Below, one piece after another: positions 63,179 through 64,000 of a stretch of DNA of 64,000 nt (position 1 is its first letter; every line of letters starts with the position of its first letter). The DNA lies in contig NMRA01000504.1 in assembly GCA_002633005.1 (NCBI GenBank), positions 87,571-151,570 of the forward strand, given 5' to 3'. The position numbers and the translations under genes were made by a program. The notes under the pieces were generated by a model. It was not told the origin of the DNA, made no database searches, and was given only the letters and a program-made list of their open reading frames with translations. Source of the DNA: Phoronis australis. Taxonomy: Eukaryota; Animalia; Phoronida.

Positions 63179-64000
63179 CTACAAAAGCAGGAACAGACAG
63201 TTCTAAGAAAATCACGCTGGACTTTGTCCTGTTAGCATTTATCATATTTAACCACTTTTGACTGTGTCGAAATGTATTTTGTTCCTGTCCATTGACAAAT
63301 GCCGACTGCAGCAAGATCAATTGTGTAAAATGTCGATCAGTTAAGAAACTGATAAATGTGAAAGTAGTGCTTATACAGTGATATGGCAATGGTCAATTCC
63401 TAAGACCTAGCTAAATGTACTGTGTGAGGAATTAATGAATAGACAAAAAAGTTAGAAACTTGTATAACGTGTTACTTAACGTTAATCACAACAAAATCTG
63501 CACAAGCAAAAACAGATGATGAATGAAAGCAGCATTTACCTGCAGCGAGTTTGTGAGAGATCTATTAAATAAAGACAACAGATAACTAGTACAAAGCTTC
63601 ATTCGCAATAACTAATAAAATCCAACGGTCACATAAAAAGAGTCTAATAGTCCAAGAGTTAAACCAGCCTCTTAATTTGCTGCTATTATTGGTATCACTT
63701 GTTCTTTTTTCTAAATTCTCGCAGCTCCATAACCTAAAGATCACCTCTTCTAACAGTCCCAGCTCAGTATGTCCTAATGACAACAATCAATCACTCCATG
63801 CTCCCTCGCCATGCAACTCCCACCTCAGTATCCCAGCCACAACACTCCCCCCCAAGTTTCATACTGCAGAGACCCTCACATCCTTACAACGTCAACCCAA
63901 ATCAGACAACCCCTCAACTCCTCCTACAATTACACAACCTGGTCCTTACCCCACCTCCTTCACATCATGACTCCTCCCCCTGTCACTCACCTGTGTATTG

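Noticed and set aside
63677-63970. Pro/Ser/Thr-rich 97 aa ORF at the window end
   Set aside because: C-rich low-complexity intronic sequence, TTG start, no identifiable domain; might be a retroelement fragment

Overview
AT-rich eukaryotic (metazoan, probably marine invertebrate) genomic DNA; the species cannot be determined from the sequence. Most of the window is one + strand gene, an alsin (ALS2) ortholog. I reconstructed it by hand as 30 coding exons (569..58238, all GT-AG introns, consistent phases, 5358 nt, about 1785 aa; RCC1-like, DH, PH, MORN and VPS9 domains). Its inferred ~17 kb first intron contains an antisense two-exon alpha-arrestin gene (14643..14623 plus 13064..11691, about 464 aa) that lacks PPxY motifs. 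The 3' end of a convergent p55-type MAGUK gene (MPP2/MPP6-like guanylate-kinase domain) enters from the right on the - strand and may have two alternative C-termini. The left end resembles a bidirectional promoter with a short uORF. Introns hold non-autonomous DNA transposons, a decayed LINE fragment and several mini/microsatellites. Three near-identical duplications straddle single Ns and are probably assembly artefacts. Most short ORFs in the supplied track are spurious. No prokaryotic-type system is present. Comparisons with human proteins are recalled from memory and need checking by alignment.
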